From positions 32,001 through 96,000 of the IMG/VR virus record IMGVR_UViG_3300008216_002531: a DNA stretch of 64,000 nucleotides. One strand, 5' to 3'. Source of the DNA: a virus. The position numbers were made by a program, and so were the translations under genes. Numbering within the stretch: position 1 is the stretch's first letter; each line of letters opens with the position of its first letter. Shown piece by piece: positions 10,401-18,107 of the stretch. The notes beneath the pieces are model-generated. The model ran no database searches, was not told the origin of the DNA, and saw nothing but the letters and a program-made list of their open reading frames with translations.

Positions 10401-13400
10401 CCCTAGATTCTCTTGAGCCTGCCGGTGGTAGCGGCTCTCTAGCAGAGGCTCATGTCGATGGTGTTCGGTCGATTCTTGATGGAGATGTTGGAAGTTGGAT
10501 CGAGAAGGAAGATCATCGTAAGATTATTATTGTTATGACAGATGTTGAGCCGAATGAGGGTTATGAAGCAGCAGATGTGCAAGCTCAACGCGCTAAAGAG
10601 CAGGGCGTTATAATAAGCTCTATTCTTTTCATTCCTATCTCCGGCGAGGATGAAGACGAGGCTGCACGATCTCTTGAAAATTATGCAACAGTTACCGGTG
10701 GTGTATTTGGAAAATCTACCGCGAGGGGCACTGGGGACGCAATTCAACATTCTCTTTCTATGTGTCAGGGTGTAACCTTAGCCGCCACCTCTTCAGCCGG
10801 TGGGGGCGAACCCACCGGACAGTGCATTCAGGTTGTCCAAGACGGCGGTGGAGAGGTTGCGGGTTGTGGACAATTTATGCAAGAGATGGGAGACATACCA
10901 GAAACGTGTCCTGCCCCCATCTACTGTCCAGAGGGTCTTATTCCGTACAACAAATATGGAGGCGGATATTGCCATGAAGGCGATTTTTGTTGTCAATGCT
11001 TGAGAGAAAAGAGCCATTGGCTCGCCGTACCGGCCACGAGGCGAATTGGCCCCACAACGAACCAGCTTGGTTGGAAGTTAGGAGCACCCGTCCTGTATGA
11101 TATGGCTTGGTATCCTCTTAAAGAAGCCGTGTGTATACTAGAGCCGTGCGGGATGGGAGAATCTGGAGAGGGTGAACAACCCGGTGGTGGCCCCGGAGAG
11201 CCGCCTGTTTTGTATGATAAAGGATCTATAAAAGTTTCTGTGACCCTAATGAGAGAGGGGACTTCTACAGAAGTAGGCGAAGCCTTAAAAATACACGATC
11301 ATCAATCTACAGGAGAAATTATTGGCGTTACTGGAAAGGGACAACCTGTTAAAATTACTTCCAGAATACAGGTTGGTCAACTAGAGATTAACCTAGCTCC
11401 GGGGGATCCTGTTTTTATAGGGATTATGAATGACACCCAAGGCAAGCCGTTTGGCTCTAAGGTGGGGGGCAATAATGCAGCTAATGGGCAATTTGTAGTT
11501 CTTGCTGTTTCTGGAAATGAGTTTACTATAGCGTTACCCGGTGGTGGACCGGTAATAGGCGATGGCGATTGGACGGATGGTGGCACTTGGCATTATTACG
11601 ACCCCAATGATGCTGGTGCTAGTTGCACTGGCCCACATCAACAATGTGCGTATAGTTTTGAGTTTGATCGGGGTGGTGTAAACGTTGGGACTTCTCCAAA
11701 AGTACTTCCCGAAGCTTTGTTTATTGAGTGTGTAGAGGAAGCGTTTGTTGAATGGTCTAATATCTTAGAAAGCCTATGGTCTCCTCGCGCAGATTACACC
11801 GCTACAGGTAGAAGACATGGTAGTTGGGCCAGTGGCGGTTCGTCACCTTCGGATCCTCAACATCCATTCCCCGGTAGTCACAATATAAATCCCGGCCTGA
11901 CCCCCCAAGGATCGCCGGGACCACAAGCCAACAGCCACCAGTTGAGAGCTAGATTTATAAATCTAGGCCATGAACCAGCCATTAGTAATGAGGTTCCTAG
12001 TAATAAAGTAGATCGATATAACGTTGCAGAATGGAGCAGGGCGACCAACTACCCACTGGTTGGTAGGTGTGTTACAAGGCTTCCCGGTGGAGATACAGCG
12101 GGTGGCGTAGTCCCAGAAAGAAGATGGGAAAACATGGCTTCTTGTATAACAAACGGGCATTGTTATGCTAAAGGCTGTTCTGCCAATGATATGAGAGCTA
12201 CCTCTGTGCAGCTATCTAGTAGTAATAAGTGCGAGGAAATGGCTCATGCCGCCAGTGGAACGTCCTACGACAACCCCAAAGACTGCTTATCGACAAAATA
12301 CTATGCATGTCTTACTCACCCAAAAATAGAAGTCCTGCGATGGATTTCAGGGGAAGCGTTTGGGGATCCAGTAGATTCCGACGCCGATGGCGCTGCGGAT
12401 TTGTTTCCAGACGTACCTTTGAGGTGGTATCTAGATCCAAAATATGTGCGAGAAGATATCGGAGACGAAGATTGTTGTAATCACGTAGATGGTTATTGGG
12501 AGGAGATTGAAGGGGACTGGTCTTCTGACTTTGGAAATGGACAGGGGATATTTAATCCCGGTTTTTCAGAATTATTTCCGTGCATACCGAAAAGTGCAGA
12601 GTGTTGTCAAGGCACGGTTTCTTGCGTGTCTCCAGCGGGAGATCATTTTCTCACCCCGACCAACACTTATGTTCCCTCCTCATGTTGTAAAGAGTATGAG
12701 CAGAAATACGGCCAATGTCTTGGTGACTATAATTTAGATGGCATTATGGATGAGATGGCGGGGTGTGACTACGACTGTTGTGGGTTTGGACTCGCTGGCT
12801 GGTGTGTCGACAAAAACGACCCCAATAACATATATTGGTCTACTGCAAGTTGTCCCGGTTGCGGAGGTAAAGACGCTTGCGATAAAGGAAGCGGATTAGC
12901 CCGTCGAGGATGCACAGAAACATTGTCAGTATGCGGCGATGGCAAACCGACAACCGTTGGAACAGATGCTCAAACTTGCGCACCATTGCGATGGCAACAG
13001 ACCCAGAGAGTCCTTAAAAATGATATCGGCACAGCGGGAAGTTTCGAAATAGCATTAAGATTCCCCGGTTCAAATATTGGAGACCCCCTTGAGAGAACTG
13101 ACTGTGATCTTACTGATTCACTCCTGTTTGCAGTAGGGGACTTTATAAAAATTGGCAATGAGTATATGGAGGTTACTTCTTCTAATCTTACCACCAACAA
13201 ACTGTCTGTGACTAGGGGTGTTGGTGGGTTTGGCGCGGATCCGTCGTCATCCTTTCGAACAGGACACTCGGCAGGAGACAGCATTTATCTCTGGCTAAAT
13301 GATACCCCCGGCACAGAAAACTGCGATGATGTTGCCCACTGTGTAGACAATGACGGCTATCTAATTGGCGACGCTAACGAAGGAATTGGTTATTTCCCGA

Positions 13401-15361
13401 TAGATAATAGAAGCTTATATCATCTTTGTCGAGACGGAGATCGACGGTCAGTATATTCTGATACATGTGGTACTGGGGGATCGTGTTGGATAGCGGGAGA
13501 AGCTGGAACAGGATCTTCTAGAGGAGTCCCCATTGGAATATCTAGCCTATATAATAGCGTCTCTTCTAGTGATACGATAATAACCATAACAGAAATTGAC
13601 AACACTGGAAATCTTTTTGTTGACGACGGGAATGATGTTCATAATCCTAGTATTATAGCTACGCCGGAAAAATTTAAGCTGAAGATTGGCGACATTATTA
13701 GAATTGAAGCTGAAAACATGGAAGTTGTTGCGGTTAGAAAAACTTCTGAATTTCACGCTAGTGTTAAAGGTGATTGTACCGCTGACGTTAAACTCAACGG
13801 TTTATTTGGAGCGCCAACCAACGGTGTTCCTGAATGCGAATTTATCGATTGTGATGGGGGTGATCGACAGACCGATTGTAGACATTGGTACAGAAAAGAT
13901 CATGATCAGGCGATTGGTTGGTCAAACTGCATCGGAGCGCCTCTTGGCGACATAGAATGGCCAGACAAGATTGTGTCTCTCTATGAGATAACAGTTAGAA
14001 GAGGAGAAGATGGTACTTCGGCAGTCGATCATGATGCCAATAAATGGGTAAGAAAAAAATACGGCAACGTTATTAATGATTGCAGACAATGTGAAGATAA
14101 TTTGATGGGTACTGCTTATCGACACGAATGGGTCGGAACCGGAACCGCTGGGCCGACTAACCCAGCCGGTTCTATATGGCGTCGTGCCCGATGGTATCCT
14201 AAATTTGATTGGACGGCCAACATTTGGGAGGCTAAGATATCGCTCGACACACCTTTCTATGGGAAGACCGGAGGCGAGTGTTTAGAATGGCCAGAAAAAG
14301 ACGATTGTTGTCCGAGAATTGGTCAGGTAAGAGTAGGGATGGTAAATTGGTACGACGCCCTGAGAGAAAGATGGGCCAATGAAGGCAAGGGGCAGTGTTA
14401 TGATTGTAATACGGGGGTTATTATTGGAAACCAAACTAAATTTGGGCCAAACAGTGTGGAGCTACATGGAGAATGTCTACGGTATAATGAAGACAGGTAT
14501 GATAAACTCTTAATAGGTTCTACGTCTGATTCTCAGGACGATTGCCTTGATTTGAATTGCAACCAGCCATTAAATAGTTGTGGTGGCGTGTGCATAAATA
14601 GCCAAAATCAAGAGATTACGACTTATACCACTGAAGAAGATTGTATATCCAACAATCTAATATGGGCGACTTGGACGTGGAGCGCTTATGTTAATAAAGA
14701 CGTTTGTAATAATGCTGGACACTGTTGGGATTATAGAGATCCCCCGCTAGTTCCCGCAAGTGGAAATCCATTTGCTTGTGGGTATATGGGTGGGATGAAA
14801 TGTATGAGGCAACTCCCAGATGGGGTTTGGGTAAGTTGCTTACCGAGGGCTGGTGCGCCATATGGAAAAGCTAATAATATGATTGGTGTTGATCGTGATC
14901 TTGAGTTAATGTATCCCGAATTGGGCAAAAACTGCGTAGGTTTTCGCCCGCAGGTTGGCGGCAATGTTATTCCGGCGCAACCCGGAGGAGGAGATCCTCC
15001 AGACGCTCCTTCTACTGGTGGGGAGCCGTGCAAATGTATAACAGAAGGTAAAGAAGGCATAGCGGGAGATCTGTATATTGACAGTTCTGTAAAATGGCGC
15101 CCAGACTGGGTTCCAGAATACGATAAGCCGGGAGCTTACAGTATTAAAAGGGTTCTCATGAAACAAATTGGGCATATGTTGGGATTGCCAGCAGGACAGG
15201 ATGTGATGGGTCCAATAACAGGCCCAGCAGACGATGCTGTGCCAATAGGGCGTTCTACTTACAATAAGTTAGTTGAAATGTATGAGCCTAGGTGGTGGAA
15301 TAGGGGTGGAAGAAATGATTACTGGTGGGTTTCTGGAGTATACGCTGGGGATTTTAAGTAG
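7307..15361 (+). CDS. Giant Cys-rich multidomain protein (2684 aa): Cys-rich N-terminus, VWA domain, tail-fibre-type beta modules, degenerate matrixin-like fold; putative virion adhesin/fibre
   Basis: AGGA SD upstream. VWA MIDAS-like DVVFAIDITGSM...RLGLVTF...RKIIIVMTD (~10193-10765). About 10% Cys in the first ~960 aa (hand count ~94). C-terminal GDLYID...KQIGHMLGL...VMGP. Confidence 0.7.
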   Translation: MACKGFSTCYGYGCGGGAVEQTAVGYSDYPMTTTGDSGRGPHPKCQIPPETFSFEIGGWHGSLEMVGAMGELDRINVGCQHSNCSCPDPKCKCMRTDMAGNTNFQGHMQTKDCLDQGHCINPDMTVTGCCEDPVTGVKPNIKTGFGTGLNQDECACRGGTWSSWCDAWTQDELDTCNKCVSSCPPYKIGNSIGLGFEYSQGCLQAPVPIDADGNRCCCSGDSPICDSCPNHCVVWQGHTENTCGPPVLYCDEDSCGPERKPNNLGYGVTIPWELTLVCIAPAKTAHGHLQYPPDYGSWLLHVVAWRPVEDNVLGTEPCRQWTFGNKHGVASDDGFLDLGSACKDGSWTISVDIPVQPDEIKTSCGCECPCREQITNVFDGEECDCFKPDCVTDGFECLHGTKEPPDCDASCLEPIPACPAANALWAGLQAPHQYCNDGKGNKPELMGMIENLCQACCKPCNEFCEDQCVCEEAQAKVGPSSICGTKTLSNRNIAGHGCSKDPKPSFPGSTSTPKEGDCCNHHYGTPTGETSLHTDCIWESYYECGCLSEDEANGGTIQLTIQANAQRGSTITTLSHYEDQNGNSGTGLGFTPVGSDTPGKTINECGAVDAICDLSLKHPDTDGCRYTKWPDPSCETPLPPPDIREGVRCPNSLVWEQPTYGYQCTLPGGSNNGAMGADFPVKPGLCLNARPERWHLRPQFTHPHLWAICHKPGPGEPAPPCDQPADRDAECVEHPEVTRFVADIGNIHGTIGECNIYCEGWWEVVVDCFRAWTLDLCEACLGDCWTDAKIVGAKPWCCGHCDEGDHSSDWGCDGKWPGIFPFLYYHPPEDIFCPYGEYFPAISCPTVPNSPAATMLGQSGQLYYPGNITKKWTSCCGNQPAGCECCYPCGHPAYDPTCRIRNLISGNICDICWECMCNNSKSEGINANQVYMSNDCPNGCQQPDWPAPPASLTTGTIQCSSGMDVVFAIDITGSMVSQVEAIRADVDRYVNIIDEASDGNYRLGLVTFKEDSADTITHTSLGYENAISFEQALDSLEPAGGSGSLAEAHVDGVRSILDGDVGSWIEKEDHRKIIIVMTDVEPNEGYEAADVQAQRAKEQGVIISSILFIPISGEDEDEAARSLENYATVTGGVFGKSTARGTGDAIQHSLSMCQGVTLAATSSAGGGEPTGQCIQVVQDGGGEVAGCGQFMQEMGDIPETCPAPIYCPEGLIPYNKYGGGYCHEGDFCCQCLREKSHWLAVPATRRIGPTTNQLGWKLGAPVLYDMAWYPLKEAVCILEPCGMGESGEGEQPGGGPGEPPVLYDKGSIKVSVTLMREGTSTEVGEALKIHDHQSTGEIIGVTGKGQPVKITSRIQVGQLEINLAPGDPVFIGIMNDTQGKPFGSKVGGNNAANGQFVVLAVSGNEFTIALPGGGPVIGDGDWTDGGTWHYYDPNDAGASCTGPHQQCAYSFEFDRGGVNVGTSPKVLPEALFIECVEEAFVEWSNILESLWSPRADYTATGRRHGSWASGGSSPSDPQHPFPGSHNINPGLTPQGSPGPQANSHQLRARFINLGHEPAISNEVPSNKVDRYNVAEWSRATNYPLVGRCVTRLPGGDTAGGVVPERRWENMASCITNGHCYAKGCSANDMRATSVQLSSSNKCEEMAHAASGTSYDNPKDCLSTKYYACLTHPKIEVLRWISGEAFGDPVDSDADGAADLFPDVPLRWYLDPKYVREDIGDEDCCNHVDGYWEEIEGDWSSDFGNGQGIFNPGFSELFPCIPKSAECCQGTVSCVSPAGDHFLTPTNTYVPSSCCKEYEQKYGQCLGDYNLDGIMDEMAGCDYDCCGFGLAGWCVDKNDPNNIYWSTASCPGCGGKDACDKGSGLARRGCTETLSVCGDGKPTTVGTDAQTCAPLRWQQTQRVLKNDIGTAGSFEIALRFPGSNIGDPLERTDCDLTDSLLFAVGDFIKIGNEYMEVTSSNLTTNKLSVTRGVGGFGADPSSSFRTGHSAGDSIYLWLNDTPGTENCDDVAHCVDNDGYLIGDANEGIGYFPIDNRSLYHLCRDGDRRSVYSDTCGTGGSCWIAGEAGTGSSRGVPIGISSLYNSVSSSDTIITITEIDNTGNLFVDDGNDVHNPSIIATPEKFKLKIGDIIRIEAENMEVVAVRKTSEFHASVKGDCTADVKLNGLFGAPTNGVPECEFIDCDGGDRQTDCRHWYRKDHDQAIGWSNCIGAPLGDIEWPDKIVSLYEITVRRGEDGTSAVDHDANKWVRKKYGNVINDCRQCEDNLMGTAYRHEWVGTGTAGPTNPAGSIWRRARWYPKFDWTANIWEAKISLDTPFYGKTGGECLEWPEKDDCCPRIGQVRVGMVNWYDALRERWANEGKGQCYDCNTGVIIGNQTKFGPNSVELHGECLRYNEDRYDKLLIGSTSDSQDDCLDLNCNQPLNSCGGVCINSQNQEITTYTTEEDCISNNLIWATWTWSAYVNKDVCNNAGHCWDYRDPPLVPASGNPFACGYMGGMKCMRQLPDGVWVSCLPRAGAPYGKANNMIGVDRDLELMYPELGKNCVGFRPQVGGNVIPAQPGGGDPPDAPSTGGEPCKCITEGKEGIAGDLYIDSSVKWRPDWVPEYDKPGAYSIKRVLMKQIGHMLGLPAGQDVMGPITGPADDAVPIGRSTYNKLVEMYEPRWWNRGGRNDYWWVSGVYAGDFK

Positions 15362-15362
15362 A

Positions 15363-15375
15363 TGGACGGTATGAT
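15363..15375 (+). promoter_or_regulatory. Candidate promoter motif TGGACGGTATGAT
   Basis: Intergenic, ~25 nt upstream of ATG 15397, with a GGAGG SD between. The first 10 nt are identical to a motif upstream of the gene at 63950 on the - strand. Confidence 0.4.
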
Positions 15376-15396
15376 AGTACGGGAGGATGTGCAAAT

Positions 15397-16008
15397 ATGA
15401 TGCAAAAAAGAACCAAATGTCAGTGTGACATTAATGGGTCTCCTAAACAGTGGTGTCAAAGACATCAATGCTATAAGAACCCTATAGAAATTAGACAGTG
15501 TCAGATATCAATTCCCAACTTTGTGGCGTGGGAGAATTGTCAAGGAGCAGGGCAGAATGAAGACTGTTCTCCTGTTCCTATTGATAAAGACGAAGAGCTA
15601 CCTAATTTGCTAGATTCTTCTTTAGGCAACGCACGTTCATATGTTAATAGAGATCAGGTTGCAGAAGAAGCTAAAAAGGGGTGTTCAAGTTGTGGGAAAA
15701 ACAAGTCCGTAGAGCCTCCCTCTAAAACAACAGACGGGGTATCTTCTATTGAAACGCCGGAACAGAATCTTAACGCTCCCAATTTGATGACTCAGGGTTG
15801 GAGTTTTGCAAAGGCCGTTGGGGCCTATGTTAAAAGCGGAATGAAGAATATAGGTGAAGAAGACTATGCCGAAAGAATGCGCATATGCGATACTTGTGAG
15901 TGGAGATCTGGCGGAAGATGTATGAAATGTGGCTGTTTTATCGACAGAAAGGCCGGTTGGGCTTCAGCAGACTGCCCAATAGGAAAATGGCCGAAAGCGG
16001 GTCGTTAA
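15397..16008 (+). CDS. Cys-rich protein with C-terminal DUF6171-like CxxC...CxxCGC...CPxGKW domain
   Basis: ERMRICDTCEW...RCMKCGCFIDRKA...CPIGKW; additional GCSSCG and N-terminal Cys cluster; GGAGG SD. Confidence 0.65.
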   Translation: MMQKRTKCQCDINGSPKQWCQRHQCYKNPIEIRQCQISIPNFVAWENCQGAGQNEDCSPVPIDKDEELPNLLDSSLGNARSYVNRDQVAEEAKKGCSSCGKNKSVEPPSKTTDGVSSIETPEQNLNAPNLMTQGWSFAKAVGAYVKSGMKNIGEEDYAERMRICDTCEWRSGGRCMKCGCFIDRKAGWASADCPIGKWPKAGR

Positions 16009-16020
16009 TGGTGTATAATA
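16009..16020 (+). promoter_or_regulatory. Candidate -10-type promoter (GGTGTATAATA)
   Basis: Perfect TATAAT in a 45-nt intergenic gap, followed by a GAGGGAG SD and ATG 16054. Confidence 0.5.
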
Positions 16021-16053
16021 CTGTAGAAGATATCCTATGAGGGAGATTTTAAT

Positions 16054-16767
16054 ATGGCGACTATTACCTTCTATGCTGGCAATGGCACAGCCCTCCAAAA
16101 CTTGTCCGGGTCTGGACTAGGGTTTTTCGGAGGAGCTTTTGGTCAGTCAGTAGAATTAAATAAATATCAAGACACAACTTTTATTACTAACAGTAACGGA
16201 ACTTCTGAGGGCACATCTTCTGATAACGTAAAGTATGTTAATGATGGTAGTGGATATGTTACTAGTATCACCCCAGCTACTGGTTTAAAATTCATCCCAA
16301 ATAACAGGGCTTCTTTAAATATTCGTTTTAGTCATGGAAGTGCTGTTAAAACTCAAAATACTAAATTGCGTATTTTTGATAGAGTAGCTGCAAACAATCC
16401 CGCTAGTGGAGTTTGGACCAAGGTAGCCCAACTTATTCATCCTTGGAACACGTTTGGTAGTGCTGCCACTCCCGCAGGGCTAGGGTCTGGAGATGAGTTC
16501 TGGTGGGGTTCTGCTCTACACACAAGCACTCCTACTCTTGGCAATCAAGATGTAAGACTTCCAAACAACTCATTTACTGTTGGTGGAAGTGGTATTATAG
16601 TCGACCTAGCCAAAGCTCCCGGTCCTAGCGGTGAATATGCTAAGGACGGGACTGGAAGTACATTCCAGAGCGTGCAACACGACTGGTATCTAGCCTTAAG
16701 CGCGTCTCCAAAGAGCATTGGATCAAAGACTCAGTACGGACTGTACGTTAGTCTAGAATATCTCTAG
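16054..16767 (+). CDS. Putative virion structural protein (237 aa)
   Basis: S/G/T/N-rich beta-type composition; own candidate promoter and SD; last gene before the terminator. Confidence 0.55.
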   Translation: MATITFYAGNGTALQNLSGSGLGFFGGAFGQSVELNKYQDTTFITNSNGTSEGTSSDNVKYVNDGSGYVTSITPATGLKFIPNNRASLNIRFSHGSAVKTQNTKLRIFDRVAANNPASGVWTKVAQLIHPWNTFGSAATPAGLGSGDEFWWGSALHTSTPTLGNQDVRLPNNSFTVGGSGIIVDLAKAPGPSGEYAKDGTGSTFQSVQHDWYLALSASPKSIGSKTQYGLYVSLEYL

Positions 16768-16811
16768 GGAAACCCACGGCAAATTTAATTGCCATCGCCT
16801 TGGGAGGTGAC

Positions 16812-16851
16812 AAAAAAAAGCCCCGGCGGCGTAATGCTACCGGGGCTTTTA
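16812..16851. terminator. Bidirectional rho-independent terminator between convergent arms
   Basis: AAAAAAAAGCCCCGG-cggcgtaatgcta-CCGGGGCTTTT: GC-rich inverted repeat with an A8 tract on the left (U8 on the - strand) and T4 on the right. Confidence 0.9.
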
Positions 16852-16873
16852 TCTTAAAGAAGTGAGCCTTAGA

Positions 16874-17209
16874 TTAAACTAAAGCGCCCTTCTCTTTGTC
16901 CCACTTGACCCATCCGTTATCGGGGAGCCAGTTACCTTCCTTGTCCTTCCTGCGCGGGAACAGCTTCCCGCCCTGTTTCATAGAGCCAAACTCCAGTCTG
17001 GCCCCACAATCCAAACACCTGATTTCGTAGTATTGATTTTCATCAACAGTCCTCACTACAAATCTCAGGTTCTCCGACGCGCACTTTCCACAAGATAGCT
17101 CGTCAAAGATTTCTTGAAAATCAGACAATTGCTGAAAAGCATCTCTCTGAGTTTCAGCATCAAGCTCTACCGAAATTCTGCCACTACGTGATGTGTAGTT
17201 AATCTTCAT
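16874..17209 (-). CDS. Hypothetical Zn-ribbon protein (~111 aa)
   Basis: CGKC...CLDC pairs. Start moved to the ATG at 17209 (MKINY...) to avoid overlapping the upstream gene. Confidence 0.65.
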   Translation of the reverse strand: MKINYTSRSGRISVELDAETQRDAFQQLSDFQEIFDELSCGKCASENLRFVVRTVDENQYYEIRCLDCGARLEFGSMKQGGKLFPRRKDKEGNWLPDNGWVKWDKEKGALV

Positions 17210-17213
17210 TACT

Positions 17214-18107
17214 CTACTCTCTCCAATCAGATTCGTAACCTTGGATTTGCTCTGGAATACTACCATTCTGTTGGTAATCATTCAACTGTCGTAGCATCTT
17301 CTGTGCTGTGTCTCTTGTTACATCGCTCACACTTTCATATTTCTTAGACCCCATATTAACAAACTTACGGACATCAATATCTAGCTGTTTACACTTATTA
17401 TTAACAAAAGTCACTTGTTGATTACTAATAGTATCTTCAGGGTTCCAGTCAGCATTTGTGGTTGTGGATTGAACAATACTAACAATATCCTTTTTGGCTA
17501 ATTCTTCCGCCGCCAAAGCTCGAATCTTCAGGGCTTTTCTTAGCGCGCGCCCCTCTGCTCTAGTACTAGCGGTAGCAACTGGGTGGGCACAAAATAGATC
17601 ATCTGTATTTCCATGCCAAACATCAGCTACTTCTCGAAAGACTTTGTAGGCTCCGGTGTTCATCCAATCAATAATGATCTTGTAAACGACGGTTGCTCTT
17701 CCCGGCTTTCCACTTTCAGTAGCGGGGAATACTTGCTCTGGCCCTGTTTCCACAATAGTTCCAAGCAATAGTTCTGCTACTCGACGCAGTCCTGCGCAAA
17801 CAGGATTACCGTCTATTAGTTCGTTGGGCTGAAAGTGAGACATAACGTAGTCTGCCCATTCAGCAGATACGTAAGATGGGGCCTCTGGATTTAACTGTGC
17901 TTGAAGGGGGCTTTCGTTTTCATAGATTTCATTTTTAACCTCTTCAAACTCTTCGTCCATGTTTACGCGATCTAACATGCTAGTATTTTGTTTATGCAAA
18001 TCTATTAGTTCCTTTTTACTGAGACTATCAATTGCTTCTTTCGATAAACCAATGTCTACCAGATCCTGTTTTAGTTCTAATACTTTGATTTTAGAATAAT
18101 TTACCAT
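17214..18107 (-). CDS. Putative ssDNA-annealing/recombination protein (Rad52/Sak/Erf-like motif)
   Basis: ATASTRAEGRALRKAL...AAEEL resembles the AxTRAxxRAL helix of phage annealing proteins; C-terminal ISNQQ..F helical module. Confidence 0.4.
   Translation of the reverse strand: MVNYSKIKVLELKQDLVDIGLSKEAIDSLSKKELIDLHKQNTSMLDRVNMDEEFEEVKNEIYENESPLQAQLNPEAPSYVSAEWADYVMSHFQPNELIDGNPVCAGLRRVAELLLGTIVETGPEQVFPATESGKPGRATVVYKIIIDWMNTGAYKVFREVADVWHGNTDDLFCAHPVATASTRAEGRALRKALKIRALAAEELAKKDIVSIVQSTTTNADWNPEDTISNQQVTFVNNKCKQLDIDVRKFVNMGSKKYESVSDVTRDTAQKMLRQLNDYQQNGSIPEQIQGYESDWRE

Noticed and set aside
15140-15215. Active zinc metalloprotease
   Set aside because: The motif reads KQIGHMLGLPA rather than HExxHxxGxxH, so two Zn ligands and the catalytic Glu are missing.
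7307-15361. Eukaryotic or NCLDV origin implied by the Cys-rich VWA protein
   Set aside because: Shine-Dalgarno sites, overlapping start/stop coupling, sigma-70, DnaE/DnaB/DnaG and an intrinsic terminator all indicate a bacterial-type expression system.
7307-15361. Diversity-generating retroelement targeting the giant protein
   Set aside because: No reverse transcriptase and no ~100-bp template/variable repeat pair noticed in this window; I cannot exclude one elsewhere in the genome.
16768-16873. tRNA or structured ncRNA in the largest intergenic gap
   Set aside because: Only the terminator hairpin and a weak 6-bp stem (TCGCCT-tggg-AGGTGA) are visible; no cloverleaf or T-loop motif.
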